This document shows positions 51,545-64,000 of a DNA stretch of 64,000 bases, in pieces. A model generated the notes under the pieces. It was given only the letters and a program-made list of their open reading frames with translations, did not search any database and was not told the origin of the DNA. Each line of letters opens with the position of its first letter. The first letter of the stretch is position 1. This stretch comes from Camelus ferus (taxonomy: Eukaryota): contig NC_045696.1 of the NCBI RefSeq assembly GCF_009834535.1, positions 13,580,001-13,644,000 of the forward strand, given 5' to 3'. The position numbers and the translations under genes are program-made.

Positions 51545-52265
51545 ACAGAGTCATGCTCTGTTGCAAGATATTGAACAAATTTCACTTCTCTGTGTCACAG
51601 ATTTTCTTCTTTTTATCTTTCATCTGTAAGAAAAGGATGATAAAAATGCCTACCTCCTTGGAGGAATGTAGGAATGTAAGGACTAACTAACAGAGCTAAT
51701 ACACACTGCATTAGTCAGGGGTGTCCAGAGAAGCAGTACTAACAGGAGATGATATTGTATACACACACACACAAATACACACACACACACACACATATAT
51801 ATACATACATACATACAGATACATATATGCATACATATATATGGAGATTTATTACGGGGAATGGGTCACATGATTATAGAGGCTGAGAAGTTCCTCAATC
51901 TCCCATCTGCAAGCTGGAGAACCAGGAAAGCTGGTGGCATAAGTTTCAGTCTGAGCACAGGGGAAGGCCAGCGTCCTAGCTGGAAAACAGTGGGAGAGAG
52001 CGAATTCTCCCTGGCTTCTCTTTTTGTTCTATCCAGGCCCTCAAGGGATGGGATGAGGCTCACACAAACTGGAGAGGATCATCTGCTTTACTCAGTCTAC
52101 CAATTCAAATGTTAATCTCCTCCAGAAATGCCCTCCCAGACACACTCAATAATGTTTGACCAAATATCTGGGCACCCTATGACTCAGTTAAGTTGGCCTA
52201 TAAAGTTAACCATCACACACACAAAACATCTGGTACCTTCTAGGGGCTCAACAAATGTCAGTTCT
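51545..52265 (+). mobile_element. MIR split by the MLT2 LTR at 51707-52217
   Basis: CACTTCTCTGTG...TTCATCTGTAAG...CCTACCTC before the LTR; CTGGTAC...GCTCAACAAATGTCAG after it. Confidence 0.6.
51707..52217 (-). mobile_element. MLT2 (ERVL) solo LTR with internal (CA)n/(TA)n
   Basis: TGCATTAGTCAGGG...GCAAGCTGGAGAACCAGGAAAGCTGGTGG...TTAACCATCACA; 5 bp TSD CACAC at 51702-51706 and 52218-52222. Confidence 0.9.
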
Positions 52266-52302
52266 CTTTAATAGGGGCCTTGCATGAGCTGAGTCAGTAA
52301 CA

Positions 52303-52446
52303 GGAAAGAAATAAAAGAAAGGGAGAAAAAGGGAGAGGGAGAGATAGAAAGAGAAAGGAGGAAAGACAGGAAGGAAGGAAGAGAGAGAGAAAGAAAGAGG
52401 AAGAAAAAAAGAGAAAGAAAGAAAAAGAAAGAGGAAAAAAGTAAAA
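52303..52446. repeat. Purine-rich (GA/GAAA/GGAA) low-complexity tract
   Basis: Seen directly. Confidence 0.9.
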
Positions 52447-52534
52447 ACTCAGCTAAACTGCCTCAAAAGGCTAGGCATTGTGCTGTGTATCAGGTAAAAT
52501 AAGGGAAAACAAAAACGATTCCTTGGTGGATACA

Positions 52535-52790
52535 ATTTGTCAAAGCCAATGGAATGTACACCACCAAGAGTGAACCCTAATGCGATCTGTGGGCTTTGGG
52601 TGATAATGATGTGTCCATGGAGGTTCACCAGTTGTAACAAATGTCCCACTGCGGCGGGGCATGTTGGTAGTAGGGGAGGCTGTGCTTGTGTTAAGGGAGG
52701 AGAAGGGAGTATGTGGTAAATCTCTGTACTTCCTGCTCAATTTTGCTATGAACCCAAAACTATTTTAAAAAATAAAGTCTATAAAAAACA
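52535..52790 (+). mobile_element. L1MC-like 3' UTR end
   Basis: TGTACACCACCAAGAGTGAACCCTAATG...TGTAACAAATGTCCCACT...AATCTCTGTACTTCCTGCTCAATTTTGCT...AATAAAG. Confidence 0.85.
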
Positions 52791-53332
52791 ACAAGCAATA
52801 GCTGTCAAAAAATTTACAAATGTCCTAAGTGGTAGAAATGGATTCCAACATAGTGAGTTTCTCTTGTGGGCAGTGGAGTGAACAGCAGTTGCGGGGAAAG
52901 CTGAAGGACACTGCTTCTTACTGTCTTCTCTTTTTTTGCAGAGATGCTTGTTTCTTCACAATTTTTAAAAAACATATATTATTTTTAATTGCTGAAAACC
53001 ATCAGCATACAACTTCTAATCAGGGTTCACAGAAGGGCTCATGACCAGGGTAAATTTTCAGCTCAGTCTATAGTGCTTCAGCCCCGCACCTGGAATATTT
53101 GCTCTGCCCTAAGAACATTATAAAATCTATTAGGTATGTTTAAAAATCACAGTATGTTAAATGTTCTCTTTCTTAAGAAAATTCATCCAGTGTTTTTTTC
53201 TTATTAATACTTAACTGCAAGGAGATAATGTAAAAATATTTATAGAGAGAATGTATTTTCCCCTTACTATTAGGGAAAGTAAAATACCTAAAGGAGAGTT
53301 TTTAATAATATTGAGCTCACCTCGATAACCTT

Positions 53333-53558
53333 AAAGCAAAGAGTTTATCTGTAAAGGGCCAGAGAGTAAATCTTTTAGGTCTAATGTGGCGTAGGACCTC
53401 TGTCACAACTCCTGAACTCTGCTGTTGTAGCACGGAAGCTGTCACAGATAATACTTGAGCAAACCGTCATGCCTGTCCTGTATGTGGCAGTAAAGCTCTG
53501 TGCACAGAACAGGTGTGTGGGCCCGATTTGGCCCATGGGCCACAGTCTGCATACCTTT
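53333..53558 (+). mobile_element. MER58A hAT-Charlie MITE
   Basis: TCTGTAAAGGGCCAGA...CTCTGTCACAACT...ACTCTGCTGTTGTAGCAC...GATTTGGCCCATGGGCCACAGT. Confidence 0.85.
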
Positions 53559-56500
53559 GATTTAAATCCTTGTACTCTCCACTACCAAGTCACACACGTG
53601 GCATCTTCATCCAAACAAACAGCAAATATGCGAGAGAACATCCCACAGCCCGAATGTCTCAGTTACTTGGCAGACCCGAGACCTCACCAAATGAGTCTTC
53701 AGAGCCCTGTAAGCTTCTTAGCATCATGGTAGATCTTCAAATCAAGGGAATTAAGAACAAAAAATTCATTAAGTTCCAGCTAGACACAGAACTGTGCAAA
53801 ATGTCTCTTTATTCTCTCTCTTTGTCCAGTAGTGGCTCTTGCTGTCACTAACAGTCCTCTGGGGCCAGCATCTCTCTTCCTGGTCTGCTTTGGACCTTCT
53901 CAGCAGCCTTCAGATCCTGTCTCAGTCTTTTTCACCAGAGGCTTAAGATCTAAAAGAATACATTGTAAAAGTTTTCCTGAATGTTTGGGTTCTCGGCAGA
54001 TGACTGTAACTTTCTCTCATGTTACACACAGAATAAAAAAGTAAAAAAAAAAAAAAAAATACAGAGATGGGTGATGAGGACAGGATGCATCATGTGTAAT
54101 TCCACCACTCTGTAGATCTTAGACCTCGAAACTTTCCAAGTTGAGATGAGTAATGAGAATATTGACACTGCCTCTTGGCTACTAGAGAAACAATATCTGT
54201 GAATATTTGAGAAGCTGAATTATAGAAGCACATTACTAATTTCGTATCCTCAAAGTAAATCACAGATTGTGTTAGTGGAACCAGGTAATCGGTATGTGGT
54301 CAAGTTTTGCTTATACCTGCTCCAGAGCAAATTGTGATGGGCCATCCCTGTTTCTCCTTTCTTGTTAGTATTCACTCAGATCTCTTCATAAAACTTTAAC
54401 CCTCCTGCTCCTCAGGCATCCCACTGGCAAACTTTTCCTGTCCTTTTAAATTCAATCCTAAGACCAAGGCCACATGATGAATTTGTCAGACTAGTTCGAC
54501 CAGAAAATACGAGAGGTGTCAGAACAATTTATTTCACTTGGAAAAACAACACGCTAAAATATACAAAATTCAAAAATCTATTATGTCCAGGAAAGCTTTT
54601 GGTGGCTTTCCAAGATCTGGTGCATATGGAATAATTGACAAATGGAGCTTGTTTTCCCACGGAGTGCAGCAGAACAGGTTGATTTATTAAATCTCAGGCT
54701 GAAATGTATTTTCACAAACAACTTCCTAATTCAATTCAGCATTTTAATGTCTTGTTGCTTACTCTGATTTGAGCTATGAAACATCTAAATTTTTCAAGTG
54801 TTTCACAAAAATAACCTTCCCACGTGCAAGTCACCCTCTGCTTCATTAATTAAGTCTCCTGTGGTCAAAAGGCAAATAGAATTGACTGTGGGCAAATTTA
54901 CGCACATGGACCGGAAGGTGCCAATTACCTCGTGTTAACCAATCAAAAGATCAAAGACACAAGATCACAGAGATGAGGAATACAAAGTGAGGGAGGCTGG
55001 GTGCAAAAAAAGAGAAAATACCACTGAACGGACCGATTGGTGAAATTGATAAATTCTTCTTCCTTTTCTTCTGTTAGGAGATAAACATAATTCAGAATCC
55101 TCTAGCTACACCTATCCACCCGCTTCCAAATACGATTTGGAAACAAAGTGTTAGCTGGTTTCCCTCTCTGCTTGTCATATGTGTATAACACTTGTATTTC
55201 TGTCACCCTCTGATCCTTAGAAGATTGAGGAAGTCCACCGGAGACGGAGAAAGGGATTCAACTGTGAAACAAAATTAAATTTTAAAGAAAGCAACCTAGG
55301 CTATACTCAGCAGAATTTACAGCACAAAGCTGGATTAGGGCAAATTCACTTTTTTCACAGTAGCTAACATTTTCTTTTTTGGCAAGAATAATGTAATTTA
55401 TAGGTAGTTTGATTTTCAATTTTCCAAATACTGCAGATGGTCTTAATTTTTGTTATCAATGTGTTTCCCCTCTACATGCTGAGACATGCTTTCTTGATTT
55501 ATATAAAACAGCCCTCATTCTTTGGGTGATAATAAAAGCTCAGTTTAGAAGAGTCATACCCCCCACAGGCAGAGACAGAGCCCTTTCTTGCTAGAGGGAA
55601 AAGAAGAGGAAGGCAGGTGAAGATTCTATTATAAACGTTTATTGATTTAAAATGGTCCCTTCTCCCTCCCCCCGATCTTTTTTCTTTTCTCCCTCTCTCC
55701 CTTTTTTTCCTTCCTCCGTTTCTCTTTTCTTTCACTTATTCCTTAAAATTTCAGTACAAAAGCGATCGAGTGGAAATGCACTCAGCATGCATCTGCACAG
55801 GTGGGGGTTGCAGCAGTGTGCTGGGGGTGTCAGCACACGAGCATGACAAGGGGGCATCTTTGCAAAGTTAGGGGGCAGGACATGGGTATTGGCAGTGGCC
55901 AAAGAGTGGGGAAGGCGTCTGTGTGTAAGGAAGAGAGGGCATCGATGGAGGTGAGGGCAGGAGTGGCTTTGGCTCAGAGTAGGGTGCACAGGCAAAGAAA
56001 TTTGGGGAGAGCAGCTGCACAGAGGGGTCAAAGTCACTCAGCCAGGGACGATTCAGCCCAATTGTGACAAGGGGGACGTTAGAGCAGAGGGTATCAGTGG
56101 CAGATTGGCAAGATTAGCATTGAGTGGGATGAGGATGTCTATGTCGAGGGGAGGCAGTCAGAGGTAGGAAGCCTGGGCACAGGGCGTCGAAGCCTGACCA
56201 GGTAAGGAGGGTGTCCTTGGGCTTAGGTTAGGGTAAGGACCCTTAAGTTAGGGAGCTAGTGCTGGTCCAAAGCAAGGTGTCAGCATCTGAGCAAGGACTA
56301 CAGAGCATCTGCGGAGGGGTGAGGCCACGACAGATTGATGGTAAGACGGTTACATACAAAGGTGATTCACGCAATATGTTGGTATTTTAAGGTTAATGGG
56401 AGCCAGTTTCTCACAACTGAGAGAAGTAGATTTAAATATATGAAAAGAAGGAAAATGAGAATGAACCCTTTGTAGTTAATTCAGAACTGGAGTTACCAGT

Positions 56501-56611
56501 CTTAACTCAGGATTTTCAATATATAAAGAAATAAATAATGATGCAAATGTGCTCATTTTTAACTGAGTTGTCTTTTGATTGTTGAGTTGTAAGAATTCTT
56601 TCTATATATTT

Positions 56612-56698
56612 GCTTTTAACTGGAGATACTGGGAGTTGAACCCTGGCCCTCGTGCATGCTAGACATGTGTTCCACCGCTGAACCATACCCTCATCCCC
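56612..56698 (-). mobile_element. tRNA(Ala)-derived camelid SINE (vic-1-like), older copy
   Basis: Reverse complement GGGGATGAGGGTATGGTTCAGCGGTGG...TAGCATGCACGAGGGCCAGGGTTCAACTCCCAGTATCTCCA. Confidence 0.85.
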
Positions 56699-56699
56699 T

Positions 56700-58960
56700 G
56701 GGTCATGCTTTTTCAATATATTTTGCTAACTAACCTCTTTTTTCTGTTTGGAGTATTTAACCACCCACATTTAACATTAGTACTGATTGACAAAGGGATT
56801 TACATCTGCCCCATCGCTATTTGATTTCTGTATGTCTAAAGTTGTTTTATGGTTCTCTATTCCTCCATCACTGCTTTCTTTGTGTTAAGGAGATATTTTC
56901 TAGAGTTCTTTTTAAATGTTTTAAAGTTACTATTTTTTGAGTTATATTTTTAATGATTCCCCGGGGGATTACAAACATACTTTAATTCTGTCTTTTATAT
57001 TTACTTACATAGTTAATTTACCAGTGTTATTTATATTCTCATATGAACTAAAGTTACACTCTCACATGCTTTCATTTCTGCCCAAAAGATGTAATATTTC
57101 TTATAGGAAAGGTCTTCTAGCAAAAAACTGCCAGTTGTTAGTTTTCTGTGAATGTCTTATTTTCTCCTTCATTTTTGAAGGACAGCTTTGCCAGGTATGA
57201 TTGACAGTTTTTTTTCTTTCAGCACGTACAGTGTCATTCCACTGCCTGCTGGCCTCCACAGTTTCTGATGAGGTGAGCTCTTCATTTTTTTAGGGACCTT
57301 TGTAGGTGATGAGTCACTTTTGTCTTGGTTCTTTCAAGATTCTCTCGCTCTGTTGTCAGTCTGGCTATGATGTGTCTATGAGGTGTGGATTTGAGTTTAT
57401 ATATAGGTATGTGCAGATAATTTATTATATTTTTAAATATTCTTCCTGCCCCTTTTCTCTGTCTCCCTCTCTCTCGTCATCTTCTGAGATTTCCATTATG
57501 CGTACTTTGGTACAGTTGACGGTATCCTGTGGGTCGCTAGGGATCCTTTTATTTTTCTTCGTTCTTTTTCTTTCTCCCACTGGACAGTTTAAACTGACCT
57601 GTTTTCTGACTCTTTCTGCCACCAGCTCAGACACGCTGTCAAGCCCCTCTAGGGACTTTTTCATTTCACTTATTTTGCTTTGCAACTCAAGAACTTCCGT
57701 TTGGTCCCTTTTCATGCTTTTGTCTCTTTATTGTTATTCCCTGTTTGGTGAATGTGTAATATACTCAAACTTACTTTTCTGTAATTCTTTAGGCATTTTT
57801 TTTCCTTTGTGCTTTGAACATATTTATAATATCTGATTAAAAGACTTTGTTTCATAAGTCCAAAATCTGCTTTTTTCATCCATGTATGGATCATACTTTC
57901 TTGTTTCTGTGTGAGCCTCATAATATTTTGCTGTTGTTGAAAGCTGAACATTTTAGCATCAAGCGGTAATCCTAGAAACCAGATTATCCTCTTTACCCAA
58001 ATTACTGCTAATTTGTTTAGGCATTTTTCTGGACTAATTCTGCAAAATCTGTGTGCCTTGTCATGTGCAGGCACTGAAGACTCCGCATGGTGGTCAGATA
58101 ATGCTTGGATAGAGATTCCCTAAGTGCCTTGAACCAATGCGTTTTCCACCCTTCGCTGAAGCACCCATGTGCTGAAGGTGCTTTTGAACACACTGTCAAA
58201 TCTTTGGCTGTTTTTGCCTCTGCCTTAATCCTCATTTCCTATTTGTGCAATGCCTCCAAGTCTGCCTGAAGTGAGAGATTCGAGCATGCTAGACCTTTCT
58301 TGGGCATATGAGCAACCTGCATATATGTGTGGTCTCCTTGATTTCTAGAAATATGCAGAAACGTTTTGAAATCCCCTATGGGTATCTCATCCTCCTAATT
58401 TTCCTTTTAAGTGTTTTTTTCCCCAGCCTCTGGCTTGACCAGTTGCATCACTGCATTAGGCAGCTGCAGTGTTTAACAATTTCTGCTGTATTTTTTTTTT
58501 TCTTTTGACAAATACCCTCAAACAGGATTTTTCTCACTGAACAAGCTCTGAGTCAGTTCAAACAAAAGACAAGCTCTGTGAATGAGACCTTTGCAGGAAG
58601 CTTCCACATTGTGTCAGTTCTCTGGAGATGAGGTTTTTTGGGTGGAACTTCAAGGCCATTCTATTCCCCTTCTGGTCACTGCTAAGCTGTCATTTTTCAC
58701 AGCTTTTGTGGTTGTGAGGCTTCTGGTTTTCAAGGGAAAGGGGGACAGAAATAGAACAAGGAAAAAATCCCACAATGCTCACTGTTATATACGATACGTA
58801 GCTGTTTTCTTTGAATAAAGCTCCGGATATCATTGCAAATATTTGGATAATTTCAAAAGTTTCAAGAAAAGTTGATTTTTATCATTTTTGGCAGTGCTTT
58901 TTTTTTTATATATTCAGTGGGTTTTCAGAGGTTCTTACTCTACCATTCTAGAAGTGTTTT
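56700..58960 (-). mobile_element. Ancient L1 5' region including ORF1 remnant
   Basis: ORF 57425-57715 QTEVLELQSKISEMKKSLEGLDS...VRIMEISE resembles the ORF1 coiled coil and RRM start; the flanks look like decayed L1. Confidence 0.75.
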
Positions 58961-60883
58961 CTTTATAATCTTTATGTAGCTTTTCTGTTAGTTTGTTTCA
59001 AAATAAAGAAAAAAATGTTAATTTAGTTATTTGCCCTTTATCTCACCTTTAGTTCCTTGCATTTTCCTCCTTTTTAAAGACATTCAGCCCACTTATTTGC
59101 ATAAGCATCATTATTTCATTAGTCAAGGTTCAGCAGTGCTTGGAACCTATAGGTACTTCCACACTGACAGCCATGCAAGCTTTAGTTTCTTTTTTTCTCT
59201 CGTTATGCATTTAATCAGCCAACCTTAACTTTCCTGTAATGCTCATCAATGACATGATCTTATTAGGAATAAGACATTCAGTTGTCTTTTAAATTCACAT
59301 TTTTTGTCTTCTTCATTAGCAATTACATTTCTGAATGTGAACTACATTTCAGATATATACTCTACAATTCACACTGCAGAGAGAGAACTTCATAATTTTT
59401 CCATTTCAGTAGAAATGGTCATCACCACTAATTTACAAAAGAAGATACTCCTCAGGCATATCTATTATTGATGCAAGTTGATCAAGGGTAAAGTAGTAAT
59501 TTTTAAACAAATACTAAAGGTTTATGTGACATCAGAATCTTGAAATAAAGCACAAATAAAGTGGATAGAGCTTTTACTATCAACCAGGATTTTTTTATTT
59601 TTTTGCACTTTACTCTAAATTGTCCATTATAGATGTTGCAAATATTTTGTTATTTTTTAACGGTTGCCTGAAAGAAGTGTTTCCCATCTTCCTTGTCCTT
59701 CCTCTTTCTTCTGTCTCAGCCTTCTTTGTATTTTCTTGTATGATACTCTTTTCTAAGTTCCAAGAAGTCACTGTCCAATTTAAATCACTGCAGTGCTGCT
59801 TTATTCCACGAGAGGGCACTCAAATGGCTTTCTTTGTCTGGTTCTCTGCTTTCTCAGTTGTTTACTACATTTGACTGTAGAACAAATTTATCCCTAAATC
59901 CTCTTACCGAAAACAAGATGATACACATACACATGCAACTAAAATTAAGTTCTTAGGGAAGGTGAATATTTACATGTTCTAGAAATAGGAAAATGGAAAG
60001 GAAGAGACTGAGATACCCCAATATGACATCCATGGCAATTTCATGTGCTTCCTAGGAAAGGCTTTCAATATCCAGTAAATGTGATTCCTGAAAAGGAGGC
60101 AAGGCACATGGAAAAGCTTATATGTTCTGCATTGATCAAATACCGCTGATATTTGATAATTTCCAAACTAAATAGAACAGGTAAAATCTTTTTTTTTTCT
60201 CTTTCTTTCTTTCTTTCTTTTTGAAATAAAGCTGAAAAAATTAATTCACAGTGGGTAAATGTCTGAGATGATTATGGGTAGAGAGAGATTATGAAAAACA
60301 ACACCTGAGTTTTGCCAGAATAACGAGAGAGAAGATGTTAAGGAAATACTTGCTTTGCTGACATTAGGGTGACAGAAACATAAAGAAATGACTCACTGTT
60401 ATTCTATTTTAAATCACAGCATAGTGCTACCACTGCAAAGTGTTTGACCAAGCTGTAGTGCACCAAAGATGATCAAAGCTGTCTGTGTCTAGAGGTCAGA
60501 CCCATGTGAGGAGCAGATGTGGGGTGGCGAGATGAGCAGTGATGGGGTGAGACATGCACTATTCAGTCATCCCGGAGAGTCCGTGTATTATTCTGACTTT
60601 ATGGAAATTTTCCTGTTCTGCCTATAAGAGATCAAACAAGACTAGGAGTATCTTTAGAAAGGACCTTGCCTGAGTTGAAGATAACCAGGATTGACTATTA
60701 GAAGAAAGATGTCTCTTTTGAGCGAATATTGTAGAAGGGAGAGGGACTCTGGGTGTCAAGGCCCAGAATTTCTATCGTAACTTTTATATTCTACCCAACG
60801 AACCATCTGCCACGAGGTCAGTCGCTTTTCCTGAATTCTGAATCAATTCTGGTAGCCCTAGAGTCAACTGTTTGATAGTTCTG

Positions 60884-60902
60884 TAACCACCAGGGGGCAA
60901 AG
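60884..60902 (+). promoter_or_regulatory. Candidate CTCF binding site
   Basis: CCACCAGGGGGC at 60887-60898 is a perfect match to the core CCASYAGRKGGC, in apparently unique DNA. Confidence 0.55.
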
Positions 60903-63504
60903 GGCAGTGTCACGATCTCAACAAGATCGTTACACAAAGCAGATGCAATTTTTAGATTTTGTTTATTAGATATTAGGTTATTTTATTTTATTCTATTTTA
61001 GGCCATTGTCTTGGTTGATAGTCATTGGACAGTGGCTTTCTAAAACAATTGTCTTAATTACTACCATTGGTAGTTCTCAAATAATCAGCTATTATTTCAA
61101 TACAGATGATTATTTTTCCAAATAGAGACAATTAGTGAAAGATCAAAATCACCCATGCCTGAGTGAGTCAGAAATAACTGCAATCTGATAGATTGCTTTG
61201 GAAATGTAATATTTGTTAATTAAAAAAATTTTAAAAAACCCCTAATATCCCCTTTGGGGAAATGGAATTGATACTTTTATTAACTTCTAATATAAATTTC
61301 TAAACAGGAAAAGAATAAGGAACCCATGAGAGTCTTATGAATAAGTCCGACTTACACTTTCTTTAAAATGTATGGGGAAAAATGATGAAAGACTATACAT
61401 TTCCTTCCCCACACATTTTATTACTTAGAATCCTAAAGACCTGGTTCATATCTGTTGTCAGTTATCTGTGCTCTCAGTTTGAGTCTTCCTAGCAGCGTCT
61501 GGGGGAGCAGAGAGAACCGAAGTGGTCTCCTTGGTGCCTGACCACCCTGCTATTGCAGGTTGGCGAATTCTGTGCATGAAGTCAAAACACAGAAGCCGAT
61601 TAGGAGATCTGCAGATATTGTATCTCCAGCTGTTTGAAGGACCCATGGCATCACCCTGAGTCCCTTCATAACGTGGCACTTGGCTTATACGACAAATATC
61701 TGGAAAAAGATGGCAATCAGAGCATATTTTAAAATCTCTGTATCTTTGGAGTCATCTTTAATACATTAACTATTTCTGAAACTAGTCAATGAAAGGGCAA
61801 AATAGCCCCCAGGACTTCTGTGTTGTGGATGGTGTGTGCATGCGAGCCTGTATGCATGCATGTGTGTATCCAAAATAATTAGAATTTAGTAAAAACACTA
61901 CTATTCCATGATTATGTTTTTTTTCTTTCTTTTTAATGCCCTATATCTTTCCCTCAAAAAATTGAATGGACACCACTCAAGGATAAATGGGGGCTTAATA
62001 TTATCTCTATGCCTGCAAGGTCCATGCACCTTGAAAGAGAAGAAGTTAACCTTGGAGGTTAAGTTTACTTACAATTTGATGTCAGTATTGCTCCGTAAGA
62101 GCACAATTAATGGGGCAGGGGGGTGGGTGCAAGGGTTGTGGAGATGATCTACCGGGGAGCAAGGTTAATTTGAGTGTTGAAGGTTTTCAGCTTTAGATAA
62201 CTCATCTGAAATCATTTTTTACGGAGACTGGTATAGCTCTTCTTTTGTAGGGAGTCAACCATCACATCCAACTATCTCTCATTCAAATTCAAAACATGAC
62301 ACCTGTCAAACACAAACTGATTTTTTTTTTCCAAATAAAAGAAGTCACATTAAGATGCTTGCTAATCTTAGAGATCTAAAGTATCTTCCATCACTTTGGA
62401 TGAAAACACATGCATATTCCATTTCCAGATGAATAAAATGCAATTTAGCTATGCATAATCAACTGAACCCTGTACCTCCTTCTAATTTCTTAGTTGTTTA
62501 TGTTTACAGGAAGCCATTCTCTTCAAGGACACATTTAATAAGGACGGTTTAGGAGGTTGCAGCAAAGCGCTGTGCGGAACAGGAAGTGTGAGGGGATTTC
62601 AATTTAGATACGTATTCAGTTGGGTCTGTGATTACGGAAGGTACCAGAAGGCAGCTCCCCTTACAAATCAAGCATAGACATTTGTTTCCTAGTCCTCTAG
62701 GTGTGGCTTTTGATTTATGAAGAAAGTATACCATGGATTTGCCTAGCACCCCATCAGGGAGCGGCTCTGCTCCTCATCAAGGCAAAATTCACCACTGGGA
62801 AAAATACATATTTCTGTGTGCTTGAAAGAATGAATATTTTAGTTAGTTACCAGTACTAGCTTGGAGGATGTGGTGCATATGAACTATTCCAGTGTAATCA
62901 GGATTGAAGCTTGTCAGAGCTTGAGAAATTTTGTTTTTTCTTTTTAATGTTACAGGTGGTTTAGATCTCTTATAAACACTTACATGTGAACTCCAGAAAG
63001 TCTTGAGAAACTACAGAAATTTTATGATAGATACAGGCAGATCCTTCACTCACTGAGGACTCAGATACAGTCAGTATCAATGAACTATCAGTAATTACAA
63101 CGTGTAGGGAAACAATCTTTCCATAACATTGCATTCTCTACTTCCTGCAAACCAAATCACAGACATATGCATTCAGTATTGAATTACTTTTGTAAAGTGC
63201 TTTCTTCTCTGACACACTATTTAAATTTTTCTTAACAGTGACAGCTTAACTGTTTTGAAATATTATTTTTATTGCTGCCTCATTCAGCTCTGTCAGCTAT
63301 CAAAATATGTCCTTCTCACCCACCTCTGCTCTGTTACACTAGAATATTAGCCCCCGAGGGAACATCAATAAATTCTTCCTCCAGAATAGCAGGTATTTAA
63401 AGGCTCAACCACGAAGGAGAGAAAGCCCATGCAGGCAAAACCACACAGTAAGATCCTGTATTTGAAGGAAGTTCCCATACTGTAAGGTCCCACTCACACC
63501 GATT

Positions 63505-63526
63505 GATAGATAAATAGGTAGGTAGG

Positions 63527-63576
<50 letters not shown>
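63505..63576. repeat. Compound (GGTA)3(GATA)12 tetranucleotide microsatellite
   Basis: Seen directly; pure GATA run at 63529-63576. Confidence 0.97.
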
Positions 63577-63577
<1 letters not shown>

Positions 63578-63724
63578 AAATTAGAATCTATGAAACAAAG
63601 ACTTTTTCAGGATTTGGCAACTTTTCCAAGGTGCCTGGCCAAGTACTTCTTAGAAGTAATGACTCAAAAGAATGGCATAGGCTGAGGCTGATGGAGGAAA
63701 AAGTGAGTAAAACAAAGCTAAAGC

Positions 63725-64000
63725 TAGTGTTTGCAAACTTTCATGTGAAGAAATCCGTGGGAGCCGTGTTAAAATGCAGGTTCTGACCGAGTTTAGGTGG
63801 GGAGGCCTGAGAGCCTGCATTTCTAACAAGCTCCCAGGTGCTGCTGATGCTGGGGGTTCAAGGACCACACTGAGTAGCAGTTTTCAAATGTGGGTCAGAG
63901 GACTGGAGGAGTGTACCCTCAACCCTGGGGAATAAATAAAAATACAGATTCCTAGGCCCTGCCTTACATGATCCAAGTGAGTAGATCTTGATGAATCTGC
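63725..64000. mobile_element. Two adjacent MER5-type MITEs (second truncated by the window edge)
   Basis: TGTTAAAATGCAGGTTCTGA...GGCCTGAGAGCCTGCATTTCTAACAAGCTCCCAGGTG...GGACCACACTGAGTAGCA; then CAGTTTTCAAATGTGGG...AATACAGATTCCTAGGCCC. Confidence 0.85.

Noticed and set aside
55770..56520. G-rich block suggesting a promoter or exon
   Set aside because: CpG-poor and grades into sequence resembling an ancient L1MC/MD-type 3' UTR; probably repeat-derived.
1..64000. CRISPR arrays, operons, rRNA or other prokaryotic systems
   Set aside because: The sequence is mammalian; no regularly spaced direct repeats or gene-dense regions were seen.

Overview
Mammalian, AT-rich, repeat-dense non-coding DNA (intergenic or deep intronic). 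It is most likely camelid (Vicugna/Lama/Camelus), judged from tRNA-Ala-type vic-1-like SINEs and the style of the young L1 3' UTR. No host protein-coding exon could be identified; the ORFs I could assign to a protein are L1 ORF1/ORF2 remnants. Main contents: a 5.2 kb 5'-truncated, inactivated young L1 with a perfect TSD (6849-12090, minus), a near-full-length 3.6 kb Zaphod-like hAT fossil (42429-46022), many older L1/MIR/MLT/MER fragments, two solo ERV LTRs, microsatellites and a 100-N gap. Most interesting: (i) an unexplained, gap-free 110 bp inverted repeat pair (27176-27285 / 28544-28653); (ii) a young 168 nt polyadenylated LTR-R-like retrocopy with L1-type TSDs (38127-38341); (iii) a SINE-L1 chimeric insertion sharing one TSD (29153-30116); (iv) the young L1 sitting inside what looks like a small intron next to promoter-like motifs. 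Repeat family names come from recalled consensus sequences, not a database search, and boundaries of old repeats are approximate.
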